Origin: Bacteroidota bacterium
GTDB taxonomy: Bacteria; Bacteroidota; Ignavibacteria; UBA10030; UBA6906
Assembly (NCBI GenBank): GCA_046160825.1
Contig: JBJXHC010000097.1
Coordinates: forward strand, 901 to 64,900
DNA length: 64,000 nt
Direction: 5' to 3'
A program made the translations under genes and the position numbers. Of this stretch, positions 37,989-48,224 are shown one piece after another. Below the pieces are notes generated by a model. The model was not told the DNA's origin. It saw only the letters and a program-made list of their open reading frames with translations, and searched no databases. Position 1 is the stretch's first letter, and every line of letters starts with the position of its first letter.

Positions 37989-39392
37989 TCAGGCAGTTGA
38001 GAGCATCCCTACACTATGGGATTTGATTGCTACGTGGCTGAGAACCCTCTGCGCTATTCGTTCCCCGCTCATCACACAATCTCCCACCGAGATACCTCCG
38101 CGATAATTTCCCCCAAGAAATAAACCGGGAGTAGCTGCCTCAAATCGCTCAATATTTTCAATGATATGATGATGTCCGAGATTATATTGGGGAATTGCCC
38201 GATCCCATCGGGTGATTTTGCGATAGACTGGCTCTCCTTCGATTCGCATAATGGAACGTAGTTCCTCAAGCACAGTGGAGACAACCTGTCGATCGTCAAG
38301 TCCGCACAAGCCCGGTTGCCGCGCTCCGCCAACAAATGTTGTAAGGGCTGCAAAACCCGACGGCGCCCTTCCGGGGAAAAGCGACGACGACCAGATTGTG
38401 CCGAGAATATTCCGGCGTTCAACTTCGGGAACGAGAAATCCGAAGCCATCGAGGGGCATTCCTATCTGCGTTTCCCGAAAACCGAGGAACACCTCGGTAA
38501 CCGGCGGATAGTAAATCGACTCAAGCCCACGGGCAACAGATTCTGATAATGGGGCAACGAGTTTCGCTGCGATCATCGCTGGCACTGTCATCACGACGGC
38601 ATCAGCAGTCATGAGTTCTTCTTTCTCACCACTTATGACATGGAGATGAAAAGTCGTGTCCTTATTCGGTGAAATTCGCTTCACTTCAATCCCCGTCAAC
38701 ACGGAGTCACCCAGATGTCGGGCGATAGCCTCGGGAAACATCTGCATACCCTTGACGAATGAAAACATCTCTGCCCGATCTTTTGCCTTCTCTGCTCTCT
38801 TTTTGCGCTCCCTCCGGCCTTTTATCATACCCTTTATCAACCCACCATATTTTTCTTCGAGCGCATAGAGCTTTGGGAAGGCAGAGCGGATGCTCAACTG
38901 CTTCGGATCTCCGGCGTATACTCCGGCAACAAATGGATTAATGGCATAGTCGAGAAATTCGCGGCCCAATCGACGCTCCACAAAATCGGCAATACTCTCC
39001 TCAACCGAGGCCCGCCCGACAAATGGTTCTTTGAGCAAACGCAGCTTGCCATTGAAAGACCAGAGCGAACTCCTTAAAAAAGCCAGCGGCGATGTCGGCA
39101 GTGACTGCAATCTCCCATCACGGAGGATGTATCGCTTCTTTGCACGATCGTTGGCATATAAGCGTTCGGACTCGATGCCAAGGTCGTCACACATCTGGCG
39201 GAACAGTGGCGTTGTCTCCAGAGCGCTATTGGGACCGGTTTCCACAAGCCAGCCGTCATCATGTATCGTTTGCATCGTTCCACCGACTGCGGACCTCTTT
39301 TCAAGGACGGTAACGTTGATTCCGGCCTTGTACAGTTGCCATGCAACCGATAGTCCGCTAATTCCCCCACCGATGATAACCACACGTTTCAT
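37989..39392 (-). CDS. hemY: Protoporphyrinogen oxidase, HemY-type FAD enzyme
   Basis: [12 protein letters not shown] is a dinucleotide-binding motif. 467 aa in heme-operon context. Since hemF is present, I read this as protoporphyrinogen oxidase rather than coproporphyrinogen oxidase. Confidence 0.85.
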   Translation of the reverse strand: MKRVVIIGGGISGLSVAWQLYKAGINVTVLEKRSAVGGTMQTIHDDGWLVETGPNSALETTPLFRQMCDDLGIESERLYANDRAKKRYILRDGRLQSLPTSPLAFLRSSLWSFNGKLRLLKEPFVGRASVEESIADFVERRLGREFLDYAINPFVAGVYAGDPKQLSIRSAFPKLYALEEKYGGLIKGMIKGRRERKKRAEKAKDRAEMFSFVKGMQMFPEAIARHLGDSVLTGIEVKRISPNKDTTFHLHVISGEKEELMTADAVVMTVPAMIAAKLVAPLSESVARGLESIYYPPVTEVFLGFRETQIGMPLDGFGFLVPEVERRNILGTIWSSSLFPGRAPSGFAALTTFVGGARQPGLCGLDDRQVVSTVLEELRSIMRIEGEPVYRKITRWDRAIPQYNLGHHHIIENIERFEAATPGLFLGGNYRGGISVGDCVMSGERIAQRVLSHVAIKSHSVGMLSTA

Positions 39393-40375
39393 GGCATCAC
39401 TTTTCTCAGCACAACATCGGCAAGAGCTTTGATAAACAGTGGATTGGAGTTCAGCGCCGGCATCATGTCGAAATAGGTGATGCCCAATTCGTTTGCCTCT
39501 TCCCGTGATTCAATATTAATTTCATAAAGCGTTTCGCTATGGTCTGACACGAAAGCAATCGGAACAACGATCACGTGAGTAACGTGCTCGCTCGCCAGTC
39601 TCTCGATAGTGCTGTCGAGTGATGGTTCAAGCCATTTCTCCGGCCCGACTTTACTCTGGTAGCAGAGATGGTGCGGCAGGTTGAACTTCCCCTCTTTGAT
39701 GACAGCGTCATACGTCCTGATAATTTGTTGCTGATATGGATCCCCTGCCTTCACCAACTTGATGGGCGTGCCATGTGCGCTGAACACCAGATGTACTTTG
39801 GATTTGTCGGCTTCGGGCACCCGCTTCAATGCAATAGAAATATTCTCCACCAGCGCCGAGATGTACAATGGATGTTCGCAATACTCTTCGACCAACTGCG
39901 TTGAAAAGGGAGAGCCTCCCTTCCGGGAAAGGACGCGGTTCCATTCATTGACGCTCGAACCCGTGGTTGTTTTTGAATATTGCGGATAGAGCGGCAACAG
40001 TACCACCCGCTCAATCCCATCGGAACGGAGTTGTTCCAACACAACGTCAGTCATTGGATGCCAGTACCGCATCGCAACATATACCTTTGCATAAATCCTG
40101 GAATTGAGTTCAAGTTCCAACGCGCTGGCCTGACGTCGCGTAATATCGAGTATTGGCGACTTGCCTCCAAGACGACTGTAGTATCCCCGAACCTTTTCCG
40201 CCCGCCGCCGGGATATGAAAGTCGCCAGCGGCTTGCGCAAAAGAAAGGCCAGTGGAAGATCGATAATATCGGGATCACAGAAGAGATTATAGAGGAATGG
40301 TTCAACGCTCTCAAGAGAGTCCGGGCCTCCCAATTGAAACAAGACAACACCGGTCGGTTTCTGTGCAACGCTCAT
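39389..40375 (-). CDS. hemH: Ferrochelatase
   Basis: 328 aa. GVVLFQLGGPDS..., LPLYPQYS and SAHG motifs. Overlaps hemY by 4 nt. Confidence 0.95.
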   Translation of the reverse strand: MSVAQKPTGVVLFQLGGPDSLESVEPFLYNLFCDPDIIDLPLAFLLRKPLATFISRRRAEKVRGYYSRLGGKSPILDITRRQASALELELNSRIYAKVYVAMRYWHPMTDVVLEQLRSDGIERVVLLPLYPQYSKTTTGSSVNEWNRVLSRKGGSPFSTQLVEEYCEHPLYISALVENISIALKRVPEADKSKVHLVFSAHGTPIKLVKAGDPYQQQIIRTYDAVIKEGKFNLPHHLCYQSKVGPEKWLEPSLDSTIERLASEHVTHVIVVPIAFVSDHSETLYEINIESREEANELGITYFDMMPALNSNPLFIKALADVVLRKVMP

Positions 40376-43230
40376 ATTATTGAATCCTTCACTTGTTCAT
40401 TCTTCCCGCTATCAAGCACAGATCGTACAACACCAGCGAGGTCATCCGAGCGATACGGCTTTTGAACAAACGCCAGTACGCCCATTTCCATCATCTCTCT
40501 GGCTCGATCATCTTGCGCATAGCCGGTAGAGAGAATCGCACGGACGTTACCGTCCAGTTGTTTCAACTGAAGAAATGTTTCTCTTCCTCCCATTTCCGGC
40601 ATCATCATGTCCAGAATAACGAGGTCTATCGGCGGAGCTGTATGTTCATATTTCTCAACCGCCTCCACACCATTTGTTGCTTCGATCACATTATACCCAC
40701 GGGCAGTGAGGAGTTCTCTCACAAGAGTGCGAATTGTTTCTTCATCATCAACCACGAGGATGGTCTCCGTACCCCCTGTTGTTTCCACGATCCCTTCACG
40801 AACGAACTCCGCTGTCTGGGTGATCGACGGAAGATAGATCGTGAACGATGTCCCCTTTCCAACTTCACTTTGAACATCGATGAAACCGCCGTGGTTCTTG
40901 ACGATCCCATACACCGTCGCAAGTCCAAGACCCGTCCCCTTTCCTTTTTCCTTGGTGGTGAAGAAAGGCTCGAATATTCTCCCGAGGATTATTTTATCGA
41001 TGCCGACTCCGGTATCGGAGACCCGGACACGGACGTATGGACATGGTTTCACGTCGGGCTGGGAGGCAATGAACTGATGAGTCGACGGAACGAGGTCGGA
41101 ACGAATACCAAGACGACCTCCGTCAGGCATCGCGTCACGGGCATTCACACAGAGGTTCATGAGTACTTGTTGAATCTGGCCGGCATCTGCTGCAATTGCC
41201 GGCAGTTCAACTGCAAGCTCGTCGGTGATGATGATGGTCTTGTCAATCGATCCCTGCAGCAGACGGATGGTCTCATTGATGACCATGTTGATGTCGGTGG
41301 GCTTCACAACATACTTGCCACCGCGTGCAAAAGCCAGCAGCTTCGAAGTAAGTTCCGCTGCGCGAAGGGCAGAGCGTTCAATCGTGAGAAGATGTTGATG
41401 TACTTTGTCTCCGGTGGGAAATTGCCCCTTGAGGTACGACGCATATCCTAAAATACCACCGAGGATGTTGTTGAAGTCATGTGCGATACCACCGGCGAGC
41501 AATCCGATACTCTCCATCTTCTGTGATTGAATTAATTGCTCCTCCAACCGTTTTCGCTCTGAAATATCCTGAAAAATTCCGTCATAGCCGGTAATGTTTC
41601 CCTGTGCATCAAAGATGCCTGTACCGGAACCTTCGATGTTGATCAAATCACCGTTCTTCCTTCGGGCGATAAACTGCACCGCCTTGACAAAACCCTGTTG
41701 CCGGATATTCCCGCTGATCTTTCTCCGCTCTGCATCTTCGGTGTACACGTCCGCCCATCGAATACCTGCGGCAATGACTTCACCGGGAGATCGATAGCCA
41801 AGAATCTCCGCCCCCGCAGTATTCATACTGACAATACGACCAAGACGATCACACTGAAAAATACCGTCTCTCACTGAATTAAACAGAGAGCGATACTTCT
41901 CCTCCGATTCGAGCAGACTTTTCTCCCAGCGAGTACGATCGGTAATGTCGCGTGCAACGCCCTGAACGCCAATAACCTTCCCGTCCTTCAGGATTGGCTT
42001 CGCATTGATTTCCAAAAGGATGCGGTCCCCGCCAGCATGCACAATCTCGCAACAGTATGGAGGAAATGTGATCCCCTCCTGCATCATCTTGAGTGTTGCG
42101 TCGCGGGCTGATTCGTTGATGGGATTATTTGTCAAGAATTTATCGAACCGGTCCATCCAGACATTGACCTTATGGCCTGTGATTGTTTCAACGGAAGGTG
42201 AGACGTAGGTAAAGATGCCTTTCGCATTGTGGACATAGAAGAACATATCCAGTGTGCCATCGACAATAATCCGAAGCAAGTCCTCCGATGCCGCGATCTG
42301 TACTTCGGCCCTCTGCTGTTCCGTAATATCACGTATTCCTGCCACCACCACGGTTTTGTTCCCGACCATGGCTGCTCGTGCTTTCATCTCGCCCGGAACA
42401 CTTCGTCCGTTCTTATGCAAAAAGTGGATCGTCTTGAATTTCTTTACTCCCTCACCATCACGCAACGATCTCAACAGCTTCAGGTGACGGCGATGCTCTT
42501 CTTCAGGGTGGAGGAAGAGAACAGGTTTGCCGCGGATTTCATTGGGAGTATATCCGAGAAATGAACGGACTGTAGGACTGGCATCCTCAATGAGTCCTGA
42601 AATCGGATCAATAAGGAGAATCGTGTCGTGCGAACTTTCAAAAAGCAAACGACTTTTCCGGCTCACTTCGTCAAGAAGCAGCGCGCAGTCAAGTTTCTGT
42701 ATAAACGCCGAGATCTCTGTTCCGGCCGCATCAAGTAATCGCACAATTGTTTTGGGAATGAGTTTCGTCTCACGAGATCCAAGCCAAAGAGCACCCATCG
42801 TCTTTGATTTTTGCCTCAACGGCACCACGATGATTGTGTGCAGAGGGCGCTTCACCTTCAGGGACGTAGAGTACTTCCTGCACTGAAAAGGCGATGAAAG
42901 CACAATGGGCGATCGCTTCCGTTGAGCAATCCCGGTTGGAGTAGCGGAAAGGGCGACGGCGGAACGCTGCGGACTGACACCGTGTTGACCGAGCCTGATG
43001 ACGACCTTTTCATCATTGCCAAATCGTTCAATCGCCGCAACATCAAAGTCAAGGCCACGCGAGATGGTGAGCGCAACCTCATCGCATCCCTTTTCAAGAT
43101 CGGTACTTCTCGTTATCGCACCGATAATATCGCACAACCGGGAAAACAGCAGTGCCTCCGGCATCGGGGTCGATGAGCTATCCGGCAATGAATGTCGCAC
43201 TGGTTGCGAAGAAATTCGTTTGGCAGTCAT
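40372..43230 (-). CDS. Hybrid sensor histidine kinase: GAF, about three PAS, HisKA, HATPase and a C-terminal receiver
   Basis: H-box GGIAHDFNNIL. HATPase motifs NLCVNARDAM, DTGVGI and GTGLGLATVYGIV. Receiver ILVVDDEETIR...DLVILDMMMPEMGG. PAS-like segments end in RDITE/RDITDR/QDISERK. The stop overlaps the hemH start (ATGA, 40372..40375) and the start lies 9 nt after the hemF stop. Confidence 0.9.
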   Translation of the reverse strand: MTAKRISSQPVRHSLPDSSSTPMPEALLFSRLCDIIGAITRSTDLEKGCDEVALTISRGLDFDVAAIERFGNDEKVVIRLGQHGVSPQRSAVALSATPTGIAQRKRSPIVLSSPFQCRKYSTSLKVKRPLHTIIVVPLRQKSKTMGALWLGSRETKLIPKTIVRLLDAAGTEISAFIQKLDCALLLDEVSRKSRLLFESSHDTILLIDPISGLIEDASPTVRSFLGYTPNEIRGKPVLFLHPEEEHRRHLKLLRSLRDGEGVKKFKTIHFLHKNGRSVPGEMKARAAMVGNKTVVVAGIRDITEQQRAEVQIAASEDLLRIIVDGTLDMFFYVHNAKGIFTYVSPSVETITGHKVNVWMDRFDKFLTNNPINESARDATLKMMQEGITFPPYCCEIVHAGGDRILLEINAKPILKDGKVIGVQGVARDITDRTRWEKSLLESEEKYRSLFNSVRDGIFQCDRLGRIVSMNTAGAEILGYRSPGEVIAAGIRWADVYTEDAERRKISGNIRQQGFVKAVQFIARRKNGDLINIEGSGTGIFDAQGNITGYDGIFQDISERKRLEEQLIQSQKMESIGLLAGGIAHDFNNILGGILGYASYLKGQFPTGDKVHQHLLTIERSALRAAELTSKLLAFARGGKYVVKPTDINMVINETIRLLQGSIDKTIIITDELAVELPAIAADAGQIQQVLMNLCVNARDAMPDGGRLGIRSDLVPSTHQFIASQPDVKPCPYVRVRVSDTGVGIDKIILGRIFEPFFTTKEKGKGTGLGLATVYGIVKNHGGFIDVQSEVGKGTSFTIYLPSITQTAEFVREGIVETTGGTETILVVDDEETIRTLVRELLTARGYNVIEATNGVEAVEKYEHTAPPIDLVILDMMMPEMGGRETFLQLKQLDGNVRAILSTGYAQDDRAREMMEMGVLAFVQKPYRSDDLAGVVRSVLDSGKNEQVKDSII

Positions 43231-43239
43231 CAGAATGTA

Positions 43240-44166
43240 TCAGGCAACCCACTCTCGTGGTGAATGCAGAATATCAAGAAGCTTCTGCTCCGGTGAATCC
43301 GGTTCCGCTTGAACATTATAGCGCCACTGGGCAACGGGCGGCAACGACATAAGAATAGACTCGACCCTGCCATTGGTTTCCAGTCCAAATGCCGTCCCGC
43401 GATCGTAGACAAGATTAAACTCTGCGTAGCGTCCCCGCCTATGAAGTTGCCAGGCACGCTCACGGTCACCCCAAGACTCATGCACACGACGTTGCACGAT
43501 CGGCAAGTACGATTCGATGAATGCAACACCGGCGGACTGCACAAAGGCAAACACCGCTTCCATATCGCCACGTATATAGTCGAAGAATATTCCCCCCGCA
43601 CCGCGGGTTTCACTTCGATGCTTGATAAAGAAATACTCATCGCACCATTTCTTGAATCGCGGATAATAGCTGGGATCATGACCGTCACATGCGAGCTTGA
43701 TCGTCTGATGAAAATGACGGATATCCTCTTCGTACAAATAATATGGCGTGATGTCTGTGCCCCCACCAAACCATGCACTACCGTTGTCCATCTCAAAATA
43801 CCGATAGTTGGCGTGTACCGTTGGGATCATTGGACTGCGCGGGTGGATTACGAGTGAGATGCCCGTTGCATAAAAATTACCTGCGACGACATTCATTTTT
43901 ATCGCGATGGTCTCCGGCAAGACACCGAAGACAGTGGATGTGTTCACGCCTGCCTTCTCAAAGATGGCACCTTCTTCCAACACACGTGAGACTCCCCCTC
44001 CACCCTCCGGGCGTTCCCATTGGTCAACGACGAATGTGCCGCTCTTGTCCTCTTGCGCCACTGTTGCACAAATCGTCTCTTGCAATGATTCAAAGAATTT
44101 ACGCACCCGTTCACGAAAGGCGTTTGATGAAGGGCTCTGACGCGATATATGGGCCGCTGGATTCAT
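43240..44166 (-). CDS. hemF: Oxygen-dependent coproporphyrinogen III oxidase
   Basis: 308 aa. RPEGGGGVSRVLEEG..FEKAGVN and GGGTDITPYY, typical of HemF. Confidence 0.9.
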   Translation of the reverse strand: MNPAAHISRQSPSSNAFRERVRKFFESLQETICATVAQEDKSGTFVVDQWERPEGGGGVSRVLEEGAIFEKAGVNTSTVFGVLPETIAIKMNVVAGNFYATGISLVIHPRSPMIPTVHANYRYFEMDNGSAWFGGGTDITPYYLYEEDIRHFHQTIKLACDGHDPSYYPRFKKWCDEYFFIKHRSETRGAGGIFFDYIRGDMEAVFAFVQSAGVAFIESYLPIVQRRVHESWGDRERAWQLHRRGRYAEFNLVYDRGTAFGLETNGRVESILMSLPPVAQWRYNVQAEPDSPEQKLLDILHSPREWVA

Positions 44167-45207
44167 TTATGTATGGAACACGGGGCTTTCTTCCTGCACT
44201 GCTCGCACAAATGCTTTCGCATGATCGACCGGAACGTCCGGAAAAATCCCGTGTCCGAGATTGAATACGTGCCCCGTCCCTTTCCCGAACTTCTTCAAAA
44301 TGGCGCACACCTCGGAGCGTATTTTTTCCGGTGAGGCATAGAGAATCGCCGGATCGAGATTCCCCTGAACACTGACCTTCTCACCAATCTGTTTTCTGAC
44401 ATCTGCAAGATCGACGGTCCAATCCACACCCACCACGTCAGCGCCAATATCGGCAATATCTTTGAGGGAATGATTGGCGCCTTTGGAAAACACGATGACT
44501 GGCGCGCCGTTTCTGTTCAGCTTCGCAACAATGTCAAAGATATATTCGAGAGAGAATTCTTTGTAGTGATCGGGAGTCAATATTCCTCCCCAGGTATCGA
44601 ATATCTGAATGGCGTCGGCACCGGCAGCAAGCTGGGCTTCGAGATACAACCGCACGGATTGGGAGAGTTTATCAAGCAACTGATGCATGGTTTCCGGTTC
44701 ATCAAGCATCATGCGCTTGGCTCGACCAAAGGCTTTGCTGCCGGAACCCTCCACCATATATGCGGCCAGCGTCCAGGGTGAACCGGAAAAACCAATAAGG
44801 GGAACACGGCCACCGAGATGTCTCTTCGTCATCGCCAGCGCATCCGTCACAAACTTCAAGCTCTTTTCCGGATCAGCAACTGTCAGCCTTTCAACATCGT
44901 CTCTTCTGCGAATAGGATTCTCGAATGTCGGCCCGCGTGATTCGATCATCTCAAAAGGAAGACCCATGGCTTCGGGAATGACCAGAATATCACTGAAGAT
45001 AATCGCCGCGTCCACACCAATAATATCCACCGGCTGCAAAGTTACTTCGGATGCGAGTTCCGGAGTCTTGCATAATGTCTTGAAATCCGCTTTCGCACGA
45101 ACTGCCCGGTATTCCGGCAGGTATCTGCCTGCCTGCCGCATCATCCAGACGGGTGTGCGTTCAACACGTTGTTTCTTACATGCTCTCAGGAATAGATCAT
45201 TTTTCAT
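44167..45207 (-). CDS. hemE: Uroporphyrinogen decarboxylase
   Basis: 346 aa. PVWMMRQAGRYLPEY at the N-terminus. Abuts hemF with no gap. Confidence 0.95.
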   Translation of the reverse strand: MKNDLFLRACKKQRVERTPVWMMRQAGRYLPEYRAVRAKADFKTLCKTPELASEVTLQPVDIIGVDAAIIFSDILVIPEAMGLPFEMIESRGPTFENPIRRRDDVERLTVADPEKSLKFVTDALAMTKRHLGGRVPLIGFSGSPWTLAAYMVEGSGSKAFGRAKRMMLDEPETMHQLLDKLSQSVRLYLEAQLAAGADAIQIFDTWGGILTPDHYKEFSLEYIFDIVAKLNRNGAPVIVFSKGANHSLKDIADIGADVVGVDWTVDLADVRKQIGEKVSVQGNLDPAILYASPEKIRSEVCAILKKFGKGTGHVFNLGHGIFPDVPVDHAKAFVRAVQEESPVFHT

Positions 45208-45221
45208 GTGCTACAAGCCTC

Positions 45222-45980
45222 TCACTCAAAGAATGAATCAATGGCTTCAAGCAGACCGGACATTGTGGATTGTGTCGCCATAATGTCGGGTCGCCAGCCG
45301 AGTTCTTCCATTGCCTCCGCTGTTGTATGGCCAATGACAGCAATACGTACGTCAGGACGACTGGTGCCAAGCAAACCAGCGTAGTTCTTCACTGCAGATG
45401 GGCTCGCGAACGTGATGACGTCGACGACCCCCGATTTCAATAGCGGTACAATTGCTTCAGCAGCATTTCGGTCCGGCCCTTCGGTTTTGTAGACCATAAC
45501 CTCATCGACTCGTCCTCCCAGCTCCGCGATACGAACACCAATTTCTTCGCGCTTCAGATTTCCACATGGATGGAGGAACTGTCTGTCCCTCACATCCGAT
45601 TCAACGAGGGTTTTCGCCAGAGCCGACGCCGAATAGTCCCCCGGAATTATCGCAGCATAAAGCCCATGATGCTCCAGTTCCGCCTTCGTTCTCTCACCCA
45701 CAACGTACGTTGTCAACCGGTTCAACGTACTACCTTGTACCCGTTTCACTTCAGCTCGTCCAATGAACTTTTCCACTGCGTTGATACTCGTAAACACCAA
45801 TCCGTTGTAACGATCAATTCCCTTAAGCGCTTCATCGCATGCCCGCCAGGAATCGGGATCGGTAATCACGATCATCGGAACGCACACGACCCGGCCACCG
45901 CGACGGGCAACTTCAGACTCAAACTCCGCCGATTGCGCACGGTCTCGTGTCAGGAGAATAGTTCTTCCCTGCAAACTCAC
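45222..45980 (-). CDS. hemD: Uroporphyrinogen-III synthase
   Basis: 252 aa. HemD-like two-lobed sequence (ILLTR...; FTS.NAV; FASPSAV) positioned between hemC and hemE. Confidence 0.8.
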   Translation of the reverse strand: MSLQGRTILLTRDRAQSAEFESEVARRGGRVVCVPMIVITDPDSWRACDEALKGIDRYNGLVFTSINAVEKFIGRAEVKRVQGSTLNRLTTYVVGERTKAELEHHGLYAAIIPGDYSASALAKTLVESDVRDRQFLHPCGNLKREEIGVRIAELGGRVDEVMVYKTEGPDRNAAEAIVPLLKSGVVDVITFASPSAVKNYAGLLGTSRPDVRIAVIGHTTAEAMEELGWRPDIMATQSTMSGLLEAIDSFFE

Positions 45981-46942
45981 ACATCTACCCGCTGGGTTTC
46001 GTTGGTACCGGAAATCCTGATCTCTTGAAGAATTTCCAACGCCCCTTCATGCAGAAGACGCCCGGCGAGTTTCACCCCGACCTCCTCCGGCTTGCCAGCA
46101 TCACCGGTTAACGATCCACGAATGACAGTCTTTCCATCCAGCGAGCCGACAATTGCGTCAAGCTTCAGAGTCCCTCCTTCAATTCTGCCATACGCTCCAA
46201 TCGGCACCTGGCAGCCACCCTCAAGCTTTCGCAACAGGGCTCTTTCTGCAGCGATTGCAGCATGTGTGTCTTCGTGATGCAATAATGCAACGATGTCCGC
46301 AATGGATGCATCATCCTTCCTCGTTTCGATACCCAAGGCTCCCTGTCCAACAGCCGGCAGGATTGCCATCGCGTCAAGCGATTCACCAATTCTCTCCTCC
46401 AATCCCAATCGCACCAGGCCGGCACGCGCCAGCAGGATCCCTGCCCAATCCGATTCTTCCAATTTTCTCAACCTGGTGTCAAGGTTGCCGCGCATATCCA
46501 TGATCTGAAAATCTGGCCGGAGATTCAGTACCTGGCACTTTCGTCGCAGGCTGCCGGTGCCGATGGATACTCCAAGCGGTTGGCTGAAGAGGCGCCTTTC
46601 CAAGTTCTTTGAATGGGGAATGAACACATCGCGTACATCTTCTCGTTCACATACCGCGCCCAGCTTGAGACCATCCGGCAGTTCCGTAGGCAGATCCTTG
46701 AGACTGTGGACAGCGATATCGATCTCATGTGCGAGCAGCGCCTGTTCAATCTCACGGGTGAATACACCCTTCCCTCCAATTTGAGAGAGAGGTGCGTCCA
46801 ATATCTTATCACCCTTCGTCTTGATAATGGAAATGGTCACCTCGAGTGAGGGCACCATACGACGGAGTTGTTGTTCCACCCAACGTGCCTGCCACAGAGC
46901 AAGAGTACTGCCGCGGCTTCCAATTCGGACGTTCCTATTCAC
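45977..46942 (-). CDS. hemC: Hydroxymethylbilane synthase (porphobilinogen deaminase)
   Basis: 321 aa. IGSRGSTLALWQA, TKGDK, HSLKD and GSLRR motifs. Confidence 0.95.
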   Translation of the reverse strand: MNRNVRIGSRGSTLALWQARWVEQQLRRMVPSLEVTISIIKTKGDKILDAPLSQIGGKGVFTREIEQALLAHEIDIAVHSLKDLPTELPDGLKLGAVCEREDVRDVFIPHSKNLERRLFSQPLGVSIGTGSLRRKCQVLNLRPDFQIMDMRGNLDTRLRKLEESDWAGILLARAGLVRLGLEERIGESLDAMAILPAVGQGALGIETRKDDASIADIVALLHHEDTHAAIAAERALLRKLEGGCQVPIGAYGRIEGGTLKLDAIVGSLDGKTVIRGSLTGDAGKPEEVGVKLAGRLLHEGALEILQEIRISGTNETQRVDV

Positions 46943-48215
46943 TATTCTTCTTGTCTGAAATGCCGAACAACTCCCTCAGTGCCCTGATCCGATGTTGCGT
47001 TTCCGTTCCTCGAGAGCCGTTCTCTGCGCCGTGTTTCAAATTCGTTACCGGTTGGTGCAGTATCTTGTTGACGATGCGCTTCGTGATTATTTCCACAAGT
47101 TCACGATCCTCGGGCGCAAAGCGATTGATGTTCTTCTCCACTTCATCTTTTCGGATTCCTTCAAGTGCATCGCGCAAGTCATGGATCGTCGGTCCGACTG
47201 CCAGCGAATTGTGCCAGTGGAAAAAGTCCACCATTTCCTCACGGATGATCGTATTGACCTTTGGGATTTCCTGTTTGCGCCGGTCGAGGTTCGCGTCAAC
47301 CATCGCGCTGAGTGAGTCTATGTCGTAAAGGAATACGTTGTCGATCCTCCCCGCAGACGGGTCGACGTTTCGCGGGACTCCTATATCAATAATGAAGAGA
47401 GGATTGTGAGAGCGCTGCTTCATCACTTTGTGGACTTCCGCCGGCTGGACGATGTATGACGGGCTTGTGACGGAAGTAATCACGATATCTGCAACGGCCA
47501 ATGCATCGGTAATGTTTTCATAGTCGACAACCGACCCGCCGAGTTGGGCAACCAGCGCCTCGGCCTTTGCCCGCGTTCGGTTTGCGATGCGGAGGTCTCC
47601 AATCCCCTTGCCGACGAGGTGTTTCATCGTCAGTTCTCCGGTTTCTCCGGCACCAATCATCAAGGCGGATTTCCTTGAGAGATCCTCAAAAATCTTGTTG
47701 GCAAGCTCAACGGCTGCGTAACTGACTGAGACAGCACCTTCACATATCGAGGTTTCAGTACGAACACGCTTTCCGACATGGAGCGTCGCTTGCATGAGTC
47801 GGCTCATGATGGGGCCGAGGGAGTTCATTTCCCGGGAAACCTGGAACGCTTCCTTCACCTGGTTCAGGATCTGGATGTCACCAACCACCATCGAATCAAC
47901 ACCCGACACCACTTTGAACAGATGGTTGACAGCGCCGCCGGAGAAACTTCCGGTAAAGTGTTCAGGACGAACCGTGGATGCGGCGTTCTTGAAATCAATC
48001 AAGAACCTTCGCAACGCAGCGTCGTCAACAGTAACCTCGGTCGTCATGCCATACAGTTCGGTTCGGTTGCATGTCGATATAATCACACTCTCACTGAAAA
48101 ACTGTTTATTCAGTTGCGTCAGGGCTCCCCGCATCTCGTCAACGGACATCCACATCTTCTCCCGCAATTCAACAGGAGCTGTGTGGTGACTGATGCCTAT
48201 GGAAAGGAGATTCAT
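46935..48215 (-). CDS. hemA: Glutamyl-tRNA reductase
   Basis: 426 aa. ISTCNRTELY, GAGETGEL and further GluTR motifs. Confidence 0.95.
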   Translation of the reverse strand: MNLLSIGISHHTAPVELREKMWMSVDEMRGALTQLNKQFFSESVIISTCNRTELYGMTTEVTVDDAALRRFLIDFKNAASTVRPEHFTGSFSGGAVNHLFKVVSGVDSMVVGDIQILNQVKEAFQVSREMNSLGPIMSRLMQATLHVGKRVRTETSICEGAVSVSYAAVELANKIFEDLSRKSALMIGAGETGELTMKHLVGKGIGDLRIANRTRAKAEALVAQLGGSVVDYENITDALAVADIVITSVTSPSYIVQPAEVHKVMKQRSHNPLFIIDIGVPRNVDPSAGRIDNVFLYDIDSLSAMVDANLDRRKQEIPKVNTIIREEMVDFFHWHNSLAVGPTIHDLRDALEGIRKDEVEKNINRFAPEDRELVEIITKRIVNKILHQPVTNLKHGAENGSRGTETQHRIRALRELFGISDKKNSE

Positions 48216-48224
48216 TCTTTTGTC

